Below the pieces are notes generated by a model that saw nothing but the letters and a program-made list of their open reading frames with translations, was not told the DNA's origin and searched no databases. A stretch of 64,000 bases of DNA. Source: Rickettsia typhi (GTDB lineage Bacteria; Pseudomonadota; Alphaproteobacteria; Rickettsiales; UBA1997). Position 1 is the first letter of the stretch. Each line of letters starts with the position of its first letter. The position numbers and the translations under genes are program-made. The stretch covers positions 419 through 64,418 of the forward strand of contig CAMAXU010000003.1 in the NCBI GenBank assembly GCA_945862455.1, given 5' to 3'. Below, piece by piece: positions 36,259 through 45,826 of the stretch.

Positions 36259-37266
36259 CTACTTCTGAATTAATGAGGTCACATCAAGCATTCTCAAAGA
36301 AAATGCCCATTCATTATCATACCAAGAAGCAACCTTAACTAAATTACCGCCCATAACTCTGGTTTGAGTTGTGTCGAAGCAAGAGCTAAAACCAGTGTGG
36401 TTGAAATCGATTGAAACCAAAGGTTCATCAATGATTTGCAGAACTTCTTTCATTCTGCCTGAGGCAGCTTTTTTGACAGCTTCATTCACTTCTTCTTTAG
36501 TTGTATTGCGTTTAGCGATGAAGTTTAAATCAACCATTGAAACGTTAGCAGTTGGAACGCGAATCGCATTGCCATCCAATTTACCTTTTAGTTCAGGCAA
36601 AACTAAACCAATTGCTTTTGCCGCGCCAGTTGAAGTTGGAATCATCGACATTGCACAAGCTCTGGCTCTGCGTAAATCTTTGTGTGAATTATCAACAATA
36701 TTTTGATCGTTTGTGTAAGCGTGAATTGTGGTCATAAAACCTTTCTCAATTCCGATGGCATCGTTAATTGCTTTGGCGATTGGAGCCAAACAGTTTGTGG
36801 TGCAAGAGCCAACTGAAATAACTTTGTCATCGGCATTTAGCGAATCGTCATTAACGCCGTAAACAATTGTTTTCACATTATCTTCTTTCGCCGGAGCTGA
36901 AATAATAACTTTTTTGGCACCTGCATCAATATGTTGGTGTGCATCAGCATATTGAGTGAAAACACCTGTGCACTCAAGAACCACATCGATTTTCAAATCA
37001 GCCCAAGGCAATTTTTTTGGATCACGCTCACCAAAAAGGCGAACTTTTTTGCCATCGATTACTAGAAAATTTCCATCAGCTTCAACGCTTTTTGAAAAGC
37101 GACCGTGGATTGAATCATATTTTAAAAGATGTTTTTGAGTTGCGATTTCTGCTGGACCGTTAACCGCAACAAGTTCGATGTTAGAATAACGAGCATCTTC
37201 AAAAATTGCTCTGGTAACGCAGCGGCCAATTCTGCCAAGACCATTAATTGCGACGCGAATTGTCAT
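36259..37266 (-). CDS. gap: Glyceraldehyde-3-phosphate dehydrogenase
   Basis: 335 aa. INGLGRIGR NAD motif and catalytic SCTTNCLAP. Confidence 0.95.
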   Translation of the reverse strand: MTIRVAINGLGRIGRCVTRAIFEDARYSNIELVAVNGPAEIATQKHLLKYDSIHGRFSKSVEADGNFLVIDGKKVRLFGERDPKKLPWADLKIDVVLECTGVFTQYADAHQHIDAGAKKVIISAPAKEDNVKTIVYGVNDDSLNADDKVISVGSCTTNCLAPIAKAINDAIGIEKGFMTTIHAYTNDQNIVDNSHKDLRRARACAMSMIPTSTGAAKAIGLVLPELKGKLDGNAIRVPTANVSMVDLNFIAKRNTTKEEVNEAVKKAASGRMKEVLQIIDEPLVSIDFNHTGFSSCFDTTQTRVMGGNLVKVASWYDNEWAFSLRMLDVTSLIQK

Positions 37267-37281
37267 ATTTTATTAATTTAA

Positions 37282-37797
37282 TTATTTTGAAGAAACTCGA
37301 GAATTGTAGTAAGTTAAAGCATTTCTAAAATCTTTGAGACTGATTTTAACTGTAATGTCTTTATCTGAGCCGCGCACGCTAAATCTCAAATACAAAAAGT
37401 CACCATTTTTCATTTGGCGGTAAAGAGTATTTTTTTGCTCATCATCAAGCGGAATAAGTCCGAAATCTTTGGCACCAAGAGTGCGCGAAAGAATTAAATC
37501 ATTGCGATCAACGCGAATTTTTACGAAAGTAGCAATTTGAATTTGAGGAATTACCAAGTAAAGTTGGCTTAAATATTTTAATGTAGGTTCAATCGTTATA
37601 ACTGAAGTATTGTCATAAAATTTTGAAGCAACTTTGCAGTGAGCCAAATCCATCATCGCATCGATTTCACAAAAAACTTTCCAGTCGCCAAAAGTTTTTT
37701 CTTCATTTTGAATATCGATTATTTCGCTAAAGGCGTTATTAATGCTTGTTAGCTGAAAAAACGTCGCTAAAAAAAATCCAAAAAAAATTTTTTTCAT
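37282..37797 (-). CDS. Secreted protein, possibly invasion-associated locus B (IalB) family
   Basis: 171 aa with a signal peptide. The GDWKVFCEIDAMMDLAHCKV pattern (W..C....C) is reminiscent of IalB; this is a weak, motif-level call only. Confidence 0.45.
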   Translation of the reverse strand: MKKIFFGFFLATFFQLTSINNAFSEIIDIQNEEKTFGDWKVFCEIDAMMDLAHCKVASKFYDNTSVITIEPTLKYLSQLYLVIPQIQIATFVKIRVDRNDLILSRTLGAKDFGLIPLDDEQKNTLYRQMKNGDFLYLRFSVRGSDKDITVKISLKDFRNALTYYNSRVSSK

Positions 37798-37798
37798 T

Positions 37799-38092
37799 AT
37801 GAGTTTTATTTATTTACTGATTTACGGATTATTGATTTTCTTATGCTTGGTCGGGCTTTGTGGTTTGTTTCTTTTTCAAGAATATATTAGAAAAATTTCC
37901 TGCCTTTCAGTTTCTTACAGCAGTTTTCTTATTTTAATTACGGTTTTGGCTTTGAAAAATCCCCGCTTAAACGAAGTTTTGGTAATTATGGTTAGTATTT
38001 TGGCGATTTTTTCGGTGAATCTTTTAATCGGAATCGGAATTGCGCGCTCAATTGCTGAGGCGCAACTCGAAAAGGGAAAACCAAGCGCTTAA
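37799..38092 (+). CDS. Small hydrophobic protein (3 predicted TM helices), hypothetical
   Basis: 97 aa, strongly hydrophobic. Its start codon lies only 1 nt from the divergent start of the neighbouring gene, which lowers confidence. Confidence 0.35.
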   Translation: MSFIYLLIYGLLIFLCLVGLCGLFLFQEYIRKISCLSVSYSSFLILITVLALKNPRLNEVLVIMVSILAIFSVNLLIGIGIARSIAEAQLEKGKPSA

Positions 38093-38269
38093 TTAAATGT
38101 TATCTAATTTTAAATGAACTGCTTCAGTTTTTGGCTTTAATTCTGCGATTAATTTCTTTCTTAAAGCTGCTGTATGATTTTCGATTTGATCAAGAATATC
38201 AAGGATTTGCAGCGCTTCTTGAGATAATTCATTGATGCTTTGTTGCTCTTTTGTAATGGCGTTATTCAT
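38093..38269 (-). CDS. Small (58 aa) helical/coiled-coil protein, hypothetical
   Basis: Not in the ORF track because it is under 60 aa. MNNAITKEQQSINELSQEALQILDILDQIENHTAALRKKLIAELKPKTEAVHLKLDNI. It lies downstream of tolA on the same strand. No family is recognised with confidence. Confidence 0.35.
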   Translation of the reverse strand: MNNAITKEQQSINELSQEALQILDILDQIENHTAALRKKLIAELKPKTEAVHLKLDNI

Positions 38270-38399
38270 AAAAATTTAATTAGAAATTAAGACTTAGGAC
38301 CAAGTGAGAGAAGAGTGTTTGGTTTTTGTGAGATGTCAAATAAATTTTGATTATAAAGTTGGTAATTAAAAATCGGATTATAAATCCTGAATCGAAATA

Positions 38400-39287
38400 T
38401 TATTTAGCATCTTCCCCATCAAACTCTAAAACCACTTCTTTCCAAATATCATATTTATCTAACGGTAAATTCCGCAGCGGACTACACAAATCAAGCGCTC
38501 TTCTAACATTATCAACCCCGATTTTATACAAAGTTTCTGCAGGATCATTATAGCGATCAATGTCAATTGCTTCATCTAAATCTGAATCAATATAACCATC
38601 TTCACTAACGCGCACTTTAATCAAAATTTTAGTTTTACTTTGCATTTTAGTTTCATCGCGCGCGCGGCGATAACATCTTTTTAACTGTGATTGAATATTA
38701 AATTTTTCGCGTGCTGAAAGATCAAGATTTTCCAGATTATTTGCCGTGTCAACCGAATCAGATTTTGTTGGTTCTTTTTTCTCGCTGATTTCTTCCTCTT
38801 TTTCATCTTCTTTTTTGGAGCCAAAATCTTTTTCCTTTTGCGAAGTTTTGTTTTGCTCTTCATCCTGATTCTCATTTGCTTCTTCATCTTCTTTCGCTTT
38901 GTCAACTTCTTTTTGATTTTCCTCCGGTTTTTCTTCCAGCTGTTTAAATTCGCGAGCTTCTTCGGCAACAGGCTTGGCTACTGATTTTGCAGGCTTTGAC
39001 TTTGCCAGTTTTTTCGGCTGTTCTTTTACTTTATTTTTCGGCGATTTTTTCTTTGATTTTGCTTCGGCAGCTTCTTTTTTAATTTCTTTGGAGTTTGATT
39101 CTTTTTCCGCTTTAGCTTCTGAGGTTGGTTTAGCTTTGTTGGAAGTGTCATCACCATTTATTGCTACCAGACTTACAGAAACCTCACTGGTTTTGCTTTC
39201 ATCCACAGTTTTTAAATCGAAATTAGCATAAATGGCAAGCAGCAATAGGAAGTGGAGAAATAGTGAATAAAGTAGGTTTTTAATCAT
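38400..39287 (-). CDS. tolA: TolA-like cell envelope integrity protein
   Basis: N-terminal TM anchor, a long K/E-rich helical linker and a small C-terminal globular domain. ATGA-coupled to the upstream tolR/exbD gene. Confidence 0.65.
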   Translation of the reverse strand: MIKNLLYSLFLHFLLLLAIYANFDLKTVDESKTSEVSVSLVAINGDDTSNKAKPTSEAKAEKESNSKEIKKEAAEAKSKKKSPKNKVKEQPKKLAKSKPAKSVAKPVAEEAREFKQLEEKPEENQKEVDKAKEDEEANENQDEEQNKTSQKEKDFGSKKEDEKEEEISEKKEPTKSDSVDTANNLENLDLSAREKFNIQSQLKRCYRRARDETKMQSKTKILIKVRVSEDGYIDSDLDEAIDIDRYNDPAETLYKIGVDNVRRALDLCSPLRNLPLDKYDIWKEVVLEFDGEDAK

Positions 39288-39703
39288 TGCGCCAATTCAG
39301 TTGCTAAAACCACTTGATTAAAGCCAGCGACGCTGACAATTCTAACCACTTCCATTACGCGGCCATAATCAAGATTTTTGTCAGCGCGAACGTAAATTTT
39401 ATTGCTTAAATTATTGCCGGTGATTTGTAAAAGTCGCGAGGGAATGGTGGCGAGTTTTATAGACTCGTCTTGTAAAAAAATTGAACCGTCTGATTTTACC
39501 GAAATAGAAATAGGTTGGATTTTTTCATTGGATGGAGTTGCAGCGCCTTTTGGAAGATCGATGTTGATTGAGCTTGTCATCATTGGAGCTGCAACCATAA
39601 AAATAATCAACAAAACTAAAAGCACATCAACGAAAGGCGTGATGTTAATGTCGCTGACGATGCGACGTTTTTTACTATTTTTGGAATCAAAAGAGAAAGC
39701 CAT
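39284..39703 (-). CDS. tolR: Biopolymer transport protein TolR/ExbD family
   Basis: 139 aa. DINITPFVDVLLVLLIIFMV motif and a periplasmic domain. Confidence 0.75.
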   Translation of the reverse strand: MAFSFDSKNSKKRRIVSDINITPFVDVLLVLLIIFMVAAPMMTSSINIDLPKGAATPSNEKIQPISISVKSDGSIFLQDESIKLATIPSRLLQITGNNLSNKIYVRADKNLDYGRVMEVVRIVSVAGFNQVVLATELAQ

Positions 39704-39743
39704 TTATAAAAAAGAGATTTTGAAATTATTAAGCAAAGTCAAA

Positions 39744-40406
39744 TTAATTAGATGCCTTTTTAAGCACGAACATTTTATCCGAAATTGGGCTAATAAAATC
39801 AATGTCTGAAAGCGTCACTCGAATTGTTTGATCTAAATCATTTTTAACTTCCATTTTGTCAAAACGCAGCGGATTAGTAGAGAAAATTAAACTAAATTCC
39901 CCAGCTTCTTTGCGATTTTTTTTCATCACTGAAATTTTAATTTGTCCGGTAGTTTTTTTAACATTAGTAATTTCAACATCTTTGGCGCTGAAAGAAATAT
40001 TCTCGCGAGTCAAGAAAGACGCGGGAGTTGTATTGGTGCTGAGTCGAGAAATTTCATCTAGCTCAACATCAAAATAAGAGAGAACAGCGCCATTTACTAC
40101 GACAATCACTTTAGGTTTAGTGCTATATTCAATGCGCATTTTCCCGGGGCGCGAAAGCAAAAATTTTCCTTCAACCAAATTTCCCTCGGCAGATTCCTGA
40201 ACAAATTTTGCCGAAAGATTTTTTATATTGTTTAAGTAATTTTCAACTTGCTGCAAATCGCTTTTATAGATTTCCGCGAGATCTTGTTTTTTTTCTGCAG
40301 CTACTGCTTCAAGCGAAAAAAAAGCTACGCAAGTAACGATACTTGCGTAGCTGATTAATGCTTTGAATGTTTTACTAAATGTTTTTTGCGTAGTAAGTTT
40401 TTTCAT
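39744..40406 (-). CDS. lolA: Outer-membrane lipoprotein carrier protein LolA
   Basis: 220 aa with a signal peptide. LSAKFVQES...GKFLLSRPGKMRIEY pattern. Confidence 0.75.
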   Translation of the reverse strand: MKKLTTQKTFSKTFKALISYASIVTCVAFFSLEAVAAEKKQDLAEIYKSDLQQVENYLNNIKNLSAKFVQESAEGNLVEGKFLLSRPGKMRIEYSTKPKVIVVVNGAVLSYFDVELDEISRLSTNTTPASFLTRENISFSAKDVEITNVKKTTGQIKISVMKKNRKEAGEFSLIFSTNPLRFDKMEVKNDLDQTIRVTLSDIDFISPISDKMFVLKKASN

Positions 40407-41601
40407 CCAATGAACCTTCTGATTTATCTACAATTAAAGTGATCGCGCTGTCGCCAGTGATGTTAATGGTAGTTCTTACCATGTCCAAAATTCTGTCAAC
40501 ACCAAGAATGATTCCGATGCCTTCGATTGGCAAGCCAACAGAAGTTAAAACCATGCTCATGAAAATGATCGCGCCAGCTGGAATTCCTGCAGCGCCAATT
40601 GAGCCAAGAGTGCAGGTTAAAACTAGCATCATATAGTTTTGCATTGTAAGGTCGATTCCATAGGCTTGAGCGAAGAATAGAGCGCAAATTCCAAGATAGA
40701 TCGCAGTTCCATCCATGTTGATACAAACGCCAAGTGGCATCAAAAAGTTAGAGTTAACTTTTGAAACGCCCATTCTTTCTTGCAATTGACTCATCGCAGT
40801 AGAAAGAGTTGCTTTACTGCTGCTGGTTGCAAAAGCGATTGATTGGGTAAGTAAAATTTTGCGATAGAAAGGAAGTGGCGACATGCGAGCGAAGACCAAA
40901 ATCATCAATCCGAAAATGATATATTGGAAAGCGCATGCTGCTAAAACTGCGACAATCAATTTTGCCAAAGCTTCAAGAATTTCCATACCTTGAGTTCCGA
41001 TGATCCAAGCGATAAAGCCAAATACACCAAGTGGAGCTAATTTGATGATGATTTCGATCATTTTGAAAGAAACGGCAGAACCGGCAACGATTACATCTTT
41101 AAGCGGTCTAGCTTTTTCGCCAATTAAATTAATTACGATACCGGTGAAAATAGAGAAGATGATGATTTGCAAGAAATTGTCATCCACCATTGATTTAATT
41201 GGATTGGTTGGAATCAAGCCAAGCAAAAATTCAGTGATTGTTGGAGGAGTTTTTGCAACTGTTACAGGTGCTTGACCTGTAGTTTCAAGGATCATGTGTA
41301 AATCAACGCCGGTTCCCGGATGGAAAACAGTTCCTGCAGTTAAGCCGATAATAACGGCAAAAATCGCGGTTAAAATGTATGTACCAAAACCTTTAATACC
41401 AACTCTGGTAAAGTTTCCTTGACCATGCATGGAGGTGATTCCAGAAAGTAGTGCGAAGAAGATTAGTGGCACGATCACCATTTTAATAAGACTAATGAAA
41501 ATGGTACCAAAGATTTTTAGACCAGCGGCTTTCTCTCCTAAAACTATTCCCGAAATGATGCCTAAAATTAGGCCAATAAGAACCTGTTGCCAAAGTTTCA
41601 T
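40375..41601 (-). CDS. Dicarboxylate/amino acid:cation symporter (DAACS/GltP family)
   Basis: 408 aa, multi-TM. SSSKATL and NMDGTA motifs. Confidence 0.85.
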   Translation of the reverse strand: MKLWQQVLIGLILGIISGIVLGEKAAGLKIFGTIFISLIKMVIVPLIFFALLSGITSMHGQGNFTRVGIKGFGTYILTAIFAVIIGLTAGTVFHPGTGVDLHMILETTGQAPVTVAKTPPTITEFLLGLIPTNPIKSMVDDNFLQIIIFSIFTGIVINLIGEKARPLKDVIVAGSAVSFKMIEIIIKLAPLGVFGFIAWIIGTQGMEILEALAKLIVAVLAACAFQYIIFGLMILVFARMSPLPFYRKILLTQSIAFATSSSKATLSTAMSQLQERMGVSKVNSNFLMPLGVCINMDGTAIYLGICALFFAQAYGIDLTMQNYMMLVLTCTLGSIGAAGIPAGAIIFMSMVLTSVGLPIEGIGIILGVDRILDMVRTTINITGDSAITLIVDKSEGSLDEKTYYAKNI

Positions 41602-41922
41602 AATCTTAATTTTTAAATTGATATTTGGTTAATGAGTATGGTGATGTTTGATAACGACCGTAACTTGTTAAACGCTCTTTTGTACGAAAAGAATTGCTAT
41701 TTCTAATGTGCTTGAAGGAAGTGCTTATTTCTTGATCGAAATCTAATTTCGGGAAAAATACTTAGTTGATGGTTTTTTTAATGTCAAAAAAATTTTGATA
41801 AATTTCTGACTTCATAATTACTCATTCGAGAAAGATTTTGACTTTTAAAAAAAGTGACGAATTTTAAATCCGCTTTTTTCTGTTTCTTGTACACATATCC
41901 TAAAAATATTCTGAAATTCCAA

Positions 41923-42894
41923 ATGAAAAAAATATTCACACTTCTTCTATTAAGCTCATCTTTGCTAGGTTTTGCTAATGAATCAATGGCGGCAACCAAA
42001 TATGTTTCAATTGGAACTGGTGCAATCACCGGCGTTTATTATCCAGCTGGTGGCGCAATCTGCAGACTTCTAAATCGCGGTAGAAAAGAACATGGAATCA
42101 GATGCTCAGTTGAATCAACAGGCGGATCAGTTTCCAACCTTAATGCCATTCGCAACGGTGCGATTGATTTCGGTATCGTTCAATCTGACTGGCAATATGC
42201 AGCTTATAACGGAACTGGCTTTTTCGCTGATCAAAAACCTTTCAAAGAATTACGCTCAGTTTTTTCTCTTTACACCGAAACTTTCACAATCGCAGTTTTA
42301 GAAAAATCAGAAATTAAAAAATTAGACGACATAATAGGAAAAAGAATCAACTTCGGTCCCCAAGGTTCTGGCATGTATGCTACAATGGAAGTTTTAATGG
42401 CCGCAAAAAATTGGACTAAACAAAATTTTTCAATAGTTACCTACTTACAACCATCTGAACAACCAAAAGCTTTATGCGAAGGTAAAATTGATGTAATGGT
42501 TTATGCTTCAGGAAATCCGAATGGCGTTCTTCAAGAAGCAACTCAAGCTTGTAAAGTTCGAATCATCGCAATCGATCGCGAAACTATCGACAAATTAGTT
42601 TCAATGAATGCCTTCTATGTAAAAGCAATCATTCCAGGTGGAATGTACGCTGGCAACCCAGGAAATATTGAAACTTTCGGCGTTAAAGCAAGTTTAGTAA
42701 CTTCAGAAAAAGCAAATCTAGACGTTGTTTATAATGTTACTAAAGCTGCTTTTGAAAACTTCGATAACTTCAAAACTTTGCACCCAGTTTTTTCTTCACT
42801 TAAAAAAGAAGAAATGGTTAAAGAAGGAAATTCAGCCCCAATTCATCCGGGCGCTATGAAATATTTCAAAGAAGCCAAATTGATCAAAGAATAA
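41923..42894 (+). CDS. TAXI-family TRAP transporter solute receptor
   Basis: Trimmed to MKKIFTLLLLSSSLLGFA (signal peptide). GTGAITGVYYPAGGAIC and HPGAMKYFKE motifs. No TRAP permease gene is adjacent. Confidence 0.75.
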   Translation: MKKIFTLLLLSSSLLGFANESMAATKYVSIGTGAITGVYYPAGGAICRLLNRGRKEHGIRCSVESTGGSVSNLNAIRNGAIDFGIVQSDWQYAAYNGTGFFADQKPFKELRSVFSLYTETFTIAVLEKSEIKKLDDIIGKRINFGPQGSGMYATMEVLMAAKNWTKQNFSIVTYLQPSEQPKALCEGKIDVMVYASGNPNGVLQEATQACKVRIIAIDRETIDKLVSMNAFYVKAIIPGGMYAGNPGNIETFGVKASLVTSEKANLDVVYNVTKAAFENFDNFKTLHPVFSSLKKEEMVKEGNSAPIHPGAMKYFKEAKLIKE

Positions 42895-42920
42895 TTTTCT
42901 TTTGAACTTATTTTTAAAAA

Positions 42921-42957
42921 AGCGCCTGATGAAAAATGCATCAGGCGCTTTTTTTTG
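42921..42957 (+). terminator. Rho-independent terminator after the TAXI receptor gene
   Basis: Stem gcgcctgatg/catcaggcgc followed by an 8-T run, flanked by an upstream A-run and therefore potentially bidirectional. Confidence 0.85.
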
Positions 42958-42976
42958 ATTTTAATAAAAAATAACC

Positions 42977-43408
42977 ATGAAAAATCATCTTTTGAAATTA
43001 TTAATTTTAACTATCGCGACTCTTTCAATTTCTTCTTGTTCTTATCGCCCAATTCTCGATCATAATGACAAATATAATGCCGTTGGTGAAGAAAAAGCGG
43101 ATGCTGATATTAAAACCTGTAAAAAAGAAGCTGCCGATTATCTCGATAAATATAAAGCTGAGCGCGTTGCCAAAGAAGCTGGTCGAAAAGCTATTATTGG
43201 AAGTGTGATCGGAACTGCGGCTGGTTTAATTTGGGGTGGTGGAATAAGATCAATTTTAGGCGGAGCTGCAATCGGAGCTGGAGCTGGCGGTGCAATTGGC
43301 GGGCTTTCAGAAGCAGGAAAAGGAAAAGTTAATCCTGATGAAATTAAACAACGCTACATGACAAATTGCCTGACAGGAAAAGGTTATTCTGTTATTGGTT
43401 GGATCTAA
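42977..43408 (+). CDS. Lipoprotein with a C-terminal glycine-zipper segment
   Basis: Lipobox LSISSC and a glycine-zipper run GSVIGTAAGLIWGGG...GGAAIGAGAGGAIGG. Confidence 0.65.
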   Translation: MKNHLLKLLILTIATLSISSCSYRPILDHNDKYNAVGEEKADADIKTCKKEAADYLDKYKAERVAKEAGRKAIIGSVIGTAAGLIWGGGIRSILGGAAIGAGAGGAIGGLSEAGKGKVNPDEIKQRYMTNCLTGKGYSVIGWI

Positions 43409-43454
43409 GAGCCTGTCCTAAATCTGGGATTAAAAAAGATTTAAGACAGGCTCT
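43408..43454. repeat. Family-C palindromic element, mini copy (hairpin)
   Basis: agagcctgtcctaaatct-gggattaaaaaagatttaagacaggctct, i.e. the two termini of the 163-bp copy joined. It starts on the last base of the lipoprotein stop codon, between convergent genes. Confidence 0.8.
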
Positions 43455-43543
43455 AACCAAAAAAAAATTTTTTCGATAAAATTTCTCTAAATTTTAATTT
43501 TATTGCGATCTTTTTTTGATTAGGGCGTTTATTTTTTAATTTT

Positions 43544-43714
43544 TTAACAGCAGCGATTAATTTTTTTCCATTTACATTTTTGGCGGTCGCGTAAGAAGGA
43601 TTTTTTGTCTAAAGCATTTTGTTGCGGATGATTTTTTTGGTGATGTTCAATGTATTTTTTATAAGCAAAATCGCCGTTTATATAATCTCGTAAAAGTTGG
43701 AAAAAGTTTTTCAT
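43544..43714 (-). CDS. YbdD/YjiX-family small protein (CstA-associated, DUF466)
   Basis: Not in the ORF track (56 aa). MKNFFQLLRDYINGDFAYKKYIEHHQKNHPQQNALDKKSFLRDRQKCKWKKINRCC. It has the characteristic Y..Y.EH....HP......F.R.RQ core and terminal RCC, and is ATGA-coupled to the cstA stop. Confidence 0.8.
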   Translation of the reverse strand: MKNFFQLLRDYINGDFAYKKYIEHHQKNHPQQNALDKKSFLRDRQKCKWKKINRCC

Positions 43715-45708
43715 TTATTTGTTTGTTTTTTAATCTTAACGCAACTTCGAACTGCATCTGCAACTACAACCCAAAGAATCGCCATAAAACTTAGGGCAAT
43801 TCCCGAAACTAATTTCTGATTAAAAATCATGCGTTTTATATTTGAAATTTGATCATTGGCGATTAATCCAGAATCAATTTTAAATTGCGCTGCATTTGCC
43901 AGCGCTAAAAATCCAATTTTTACATCAGCAGAAAAAACTTTTTCAATCACCGCCCAACTAATTGTCGCAAGTAAAAAACACAAAGGAATTGCCGTGATAA
44001 AAAAGAATTTTTGGCGTTCACTTTTATAAATAATTACAGTGACCAAAGTCAGTGCAATTCCTGCCAGCATTTGATTCGACATGCCGAAAAGCGGCCATAA
44101 AATATTAACGCCGCCATTTGGATCAAGCACGCCCATATATAAAAAATAACCCCAAGCGCCAACAATTAAAAAACTTGAAAAAAGGGAAGCGATTATTGAT
44201 TCATGAAGTTTGCGATCGCGGAATTTTAATAAATCTTCAAGCATGAATCGCGCCACGCGAGTTCCAGCATCAAGGGTGGTTAAAATAAAAATCGCCTCAA
44301 ACATAATCGCAAAATGATACCACATTGAAAGCATGTTGCTGCCAAAAGCAGATGAAAAAATATTAGCCATTCCAACAGCTAAAGACGGAGCTCCGCCAGT
44401 TCTGGAAAATAAAGTTTTTTCTCCCATTTGATCAGCAAGATTTTGCATTGTCGAATTTTCTAGTGGAAATCCCCAAGAAGAAATCGTTTGCGCTGCATCA
44501 ACTCCAAGAGCTGCGGCGGGAGAATTTATGGCGAAGAAAATTCCCGGTTCCAAAACGCAAGCCGCAATCATTGCCATAATTGCAACAGATCCTTCAAGCA
44601 ACATGCTGCCATAGCCAATTAAACGAACGTCACGTTCATCAGAAATAATTTTTGGAGTTGTGCCAGAAGAAACTAAAGCGTGAAATCCCGAGATTGCGCC
44701 GCAGGCAATTGTGATAAATAAAAAGGGGAAAACTTTGCCGCTAAAAATCGGACCAGTTCCATCAATAAATTTGGTTAATGCTGGCATTTGAATTTGTGGA
44801 TGAAAAACCAGTAGCGCGATTGCTAGTAATAAAATTGTTCCTAATTTTAAAAATGAAGAAAGATAATCTCGTGGAGCCAATAATAGCCAAACTGGAAGCG
44901 TTGCCGCAGCAAAGCCATAAATTATAATTGATATTGCTAAAAACTTGCCGCTGCGATCAAAAATCAGCGATAAATTTTCATTATAATGTACAATTTTTCC
45001 GCCATAAACTGCGAGTAAAAATAATGCGATTCCCACTAAACTTGCTTCAATCACGCCGTTAGGACGAATATAATAAAGATAAATTCCAACTAGCATCGCA
45101 ATTGGAATTGTCATTAAAACCGTGAAAGAGCCCCACGAACTATGCATCAAAGCTTTCACGACGACGAGTCCAAGAACGGCAATTAATATTATAATAATTG
45201 CCAGAGTTCCAATCATTGCGGCGTAACCGGCGGTTTTTCCGATTTCATCTTTGATTAATTGTCCCAAAGATTTTCCGTCGTGACGCATTGAGGAAAATAA
45301 AATTATCATATCTTGCACGGCGCCTGCAAAAACTGAGCCGATTAAAATCCATAAAGTTCCCGGTAAATATCCAAATTGCGCCGCGAGAGTAGGTCCAATT
45401 AGCGGGCCCGGTCCGGCGATTGCGGCAAAGTGATGTCCAAAAACAATCCATTTATTTGTTGGCACAAAATCTTTGCCGTCATTAATTCTATTGGCGGGAG
45501 TCGTGCGGCGACCATCGACATGTAAAATTTTTGCTGCAATCCAAGCGCTATAAAAACGATAAGCTACAAGTTGAGTGCAAACGCAGGCGGTTAAAAACCA
45601 GAGCGAGGAAATTTTTTCATCGCGAATCAGTGCAATTCCACCAAAAGAAGTGGCGCCGATAAATCCAATTGCGATCCATATAAACAGGTTTAAAAAATCT
45701 TTTTTCAT
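43711..45708 (-). CDS. cstA: Carbon starvation protein A (pyruvate/peptide transporter)
   Basis: 665 aa, multi-TM. GHHFAAIAGPGPLIGP and TTPK motifs. Confidence 0.9.
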   Translation of the reverse strand: MKKDFLNLFIWIAIGFIGATSFGGIALIRDEKISSLWFLTACVCTQLVAYRFYSAWIAAKILHVDGRRTTPANRINDGKDFVPTNKWIVFGHHFAAIAGPGPLIGPTLAAQFGYLPGTLWILIGSVFAGAVQDMIILFSSMRHDGKSLGQLIKDEIGKTAGYAAMIGTLAIIIILIAVLGLVVVKALMHSSWGSFTVLMTIPIAMLVGIYLYYIRPNGVIEASLVGIALFLLAVYGGKIVHYNENLSLIFDRSGKFLAISIIIYGFAAATLPVWLLLAPRDYLSSFLKLGTILLLAIALLVFHPQIQMPALTKFIDGTGPIFSGKVFPFLFITIACGAISGFHALVSSGTTPKIISDERDVRLIGYGSMLLEGSVAIMAMIAACVLEPGIFFAINSPAAALGVDAAQTISSWGFPLENSTMQNLADQMGEKTLFSRTGGAPSLAVGMANIFSSAFGSNMLSMWYHFAIMFEAIFILTTLDAGTRVARFMLEDLLKFRDRKLHESIIASLFSSFLIVGAWGYFLYMGVLDPNGGVNILWPLFGMSNQMLAGIALTLVTVIIYKSERQKFFFITAIPLCFLLATISWAVIEKVFSADVKIGFLALANAAQFKIDSGLIANDQISNIKRMIFNQKLVSGIALSFMAILWVVVADAVRSCVKIKKQTNK

Positions 45709-45826
45709 TTTATTTCATTTGTGTTGTAATTTTTGCTTCGATGAAAAAAATCACTTACTTAACTCTCAAATTTTTTTTCATAATCTTGCTTCAGAGCAGT
45801 AAAATCAACATCTTATAAAGGTTTTC

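Noticed and set aside
37795-37801. Head-to-head start codons of the IalB-like gene and the 97-aa membrane ORF, separated by 1 nt.
   Set aside because: Such spacing leaves no room for separate promoters. This more likely means one call (probably the small hydrophobic ORF, or its start) is wrong than that it reflects a regulatory novelty. The confidence of the small ORF was lowered instead.
38681-39231. Alternative-frame and antisense ORFs inside tolA (38681..38968 -, 38974..39231 +). Similar shadow ORFs occur inside the giant gene, leuS, popZ, dxs, murF and others.
   Set aside because: All are nested in well-supported genes. They have low-complexity or biased composition and no motifs, as is typical of shadow ORFs in AT-rich DNA.
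39284-40406. Absence of tolQ upstream of tolR-tolA; lolA occupies that position.
   Set aside because: This cannot be evaluated from one window, because tolQ/exbB may be encoded elsewhere given the generally scrambled gene order. The tolR/tolA versus exbD/tonB assignment is itself only moderately confident.
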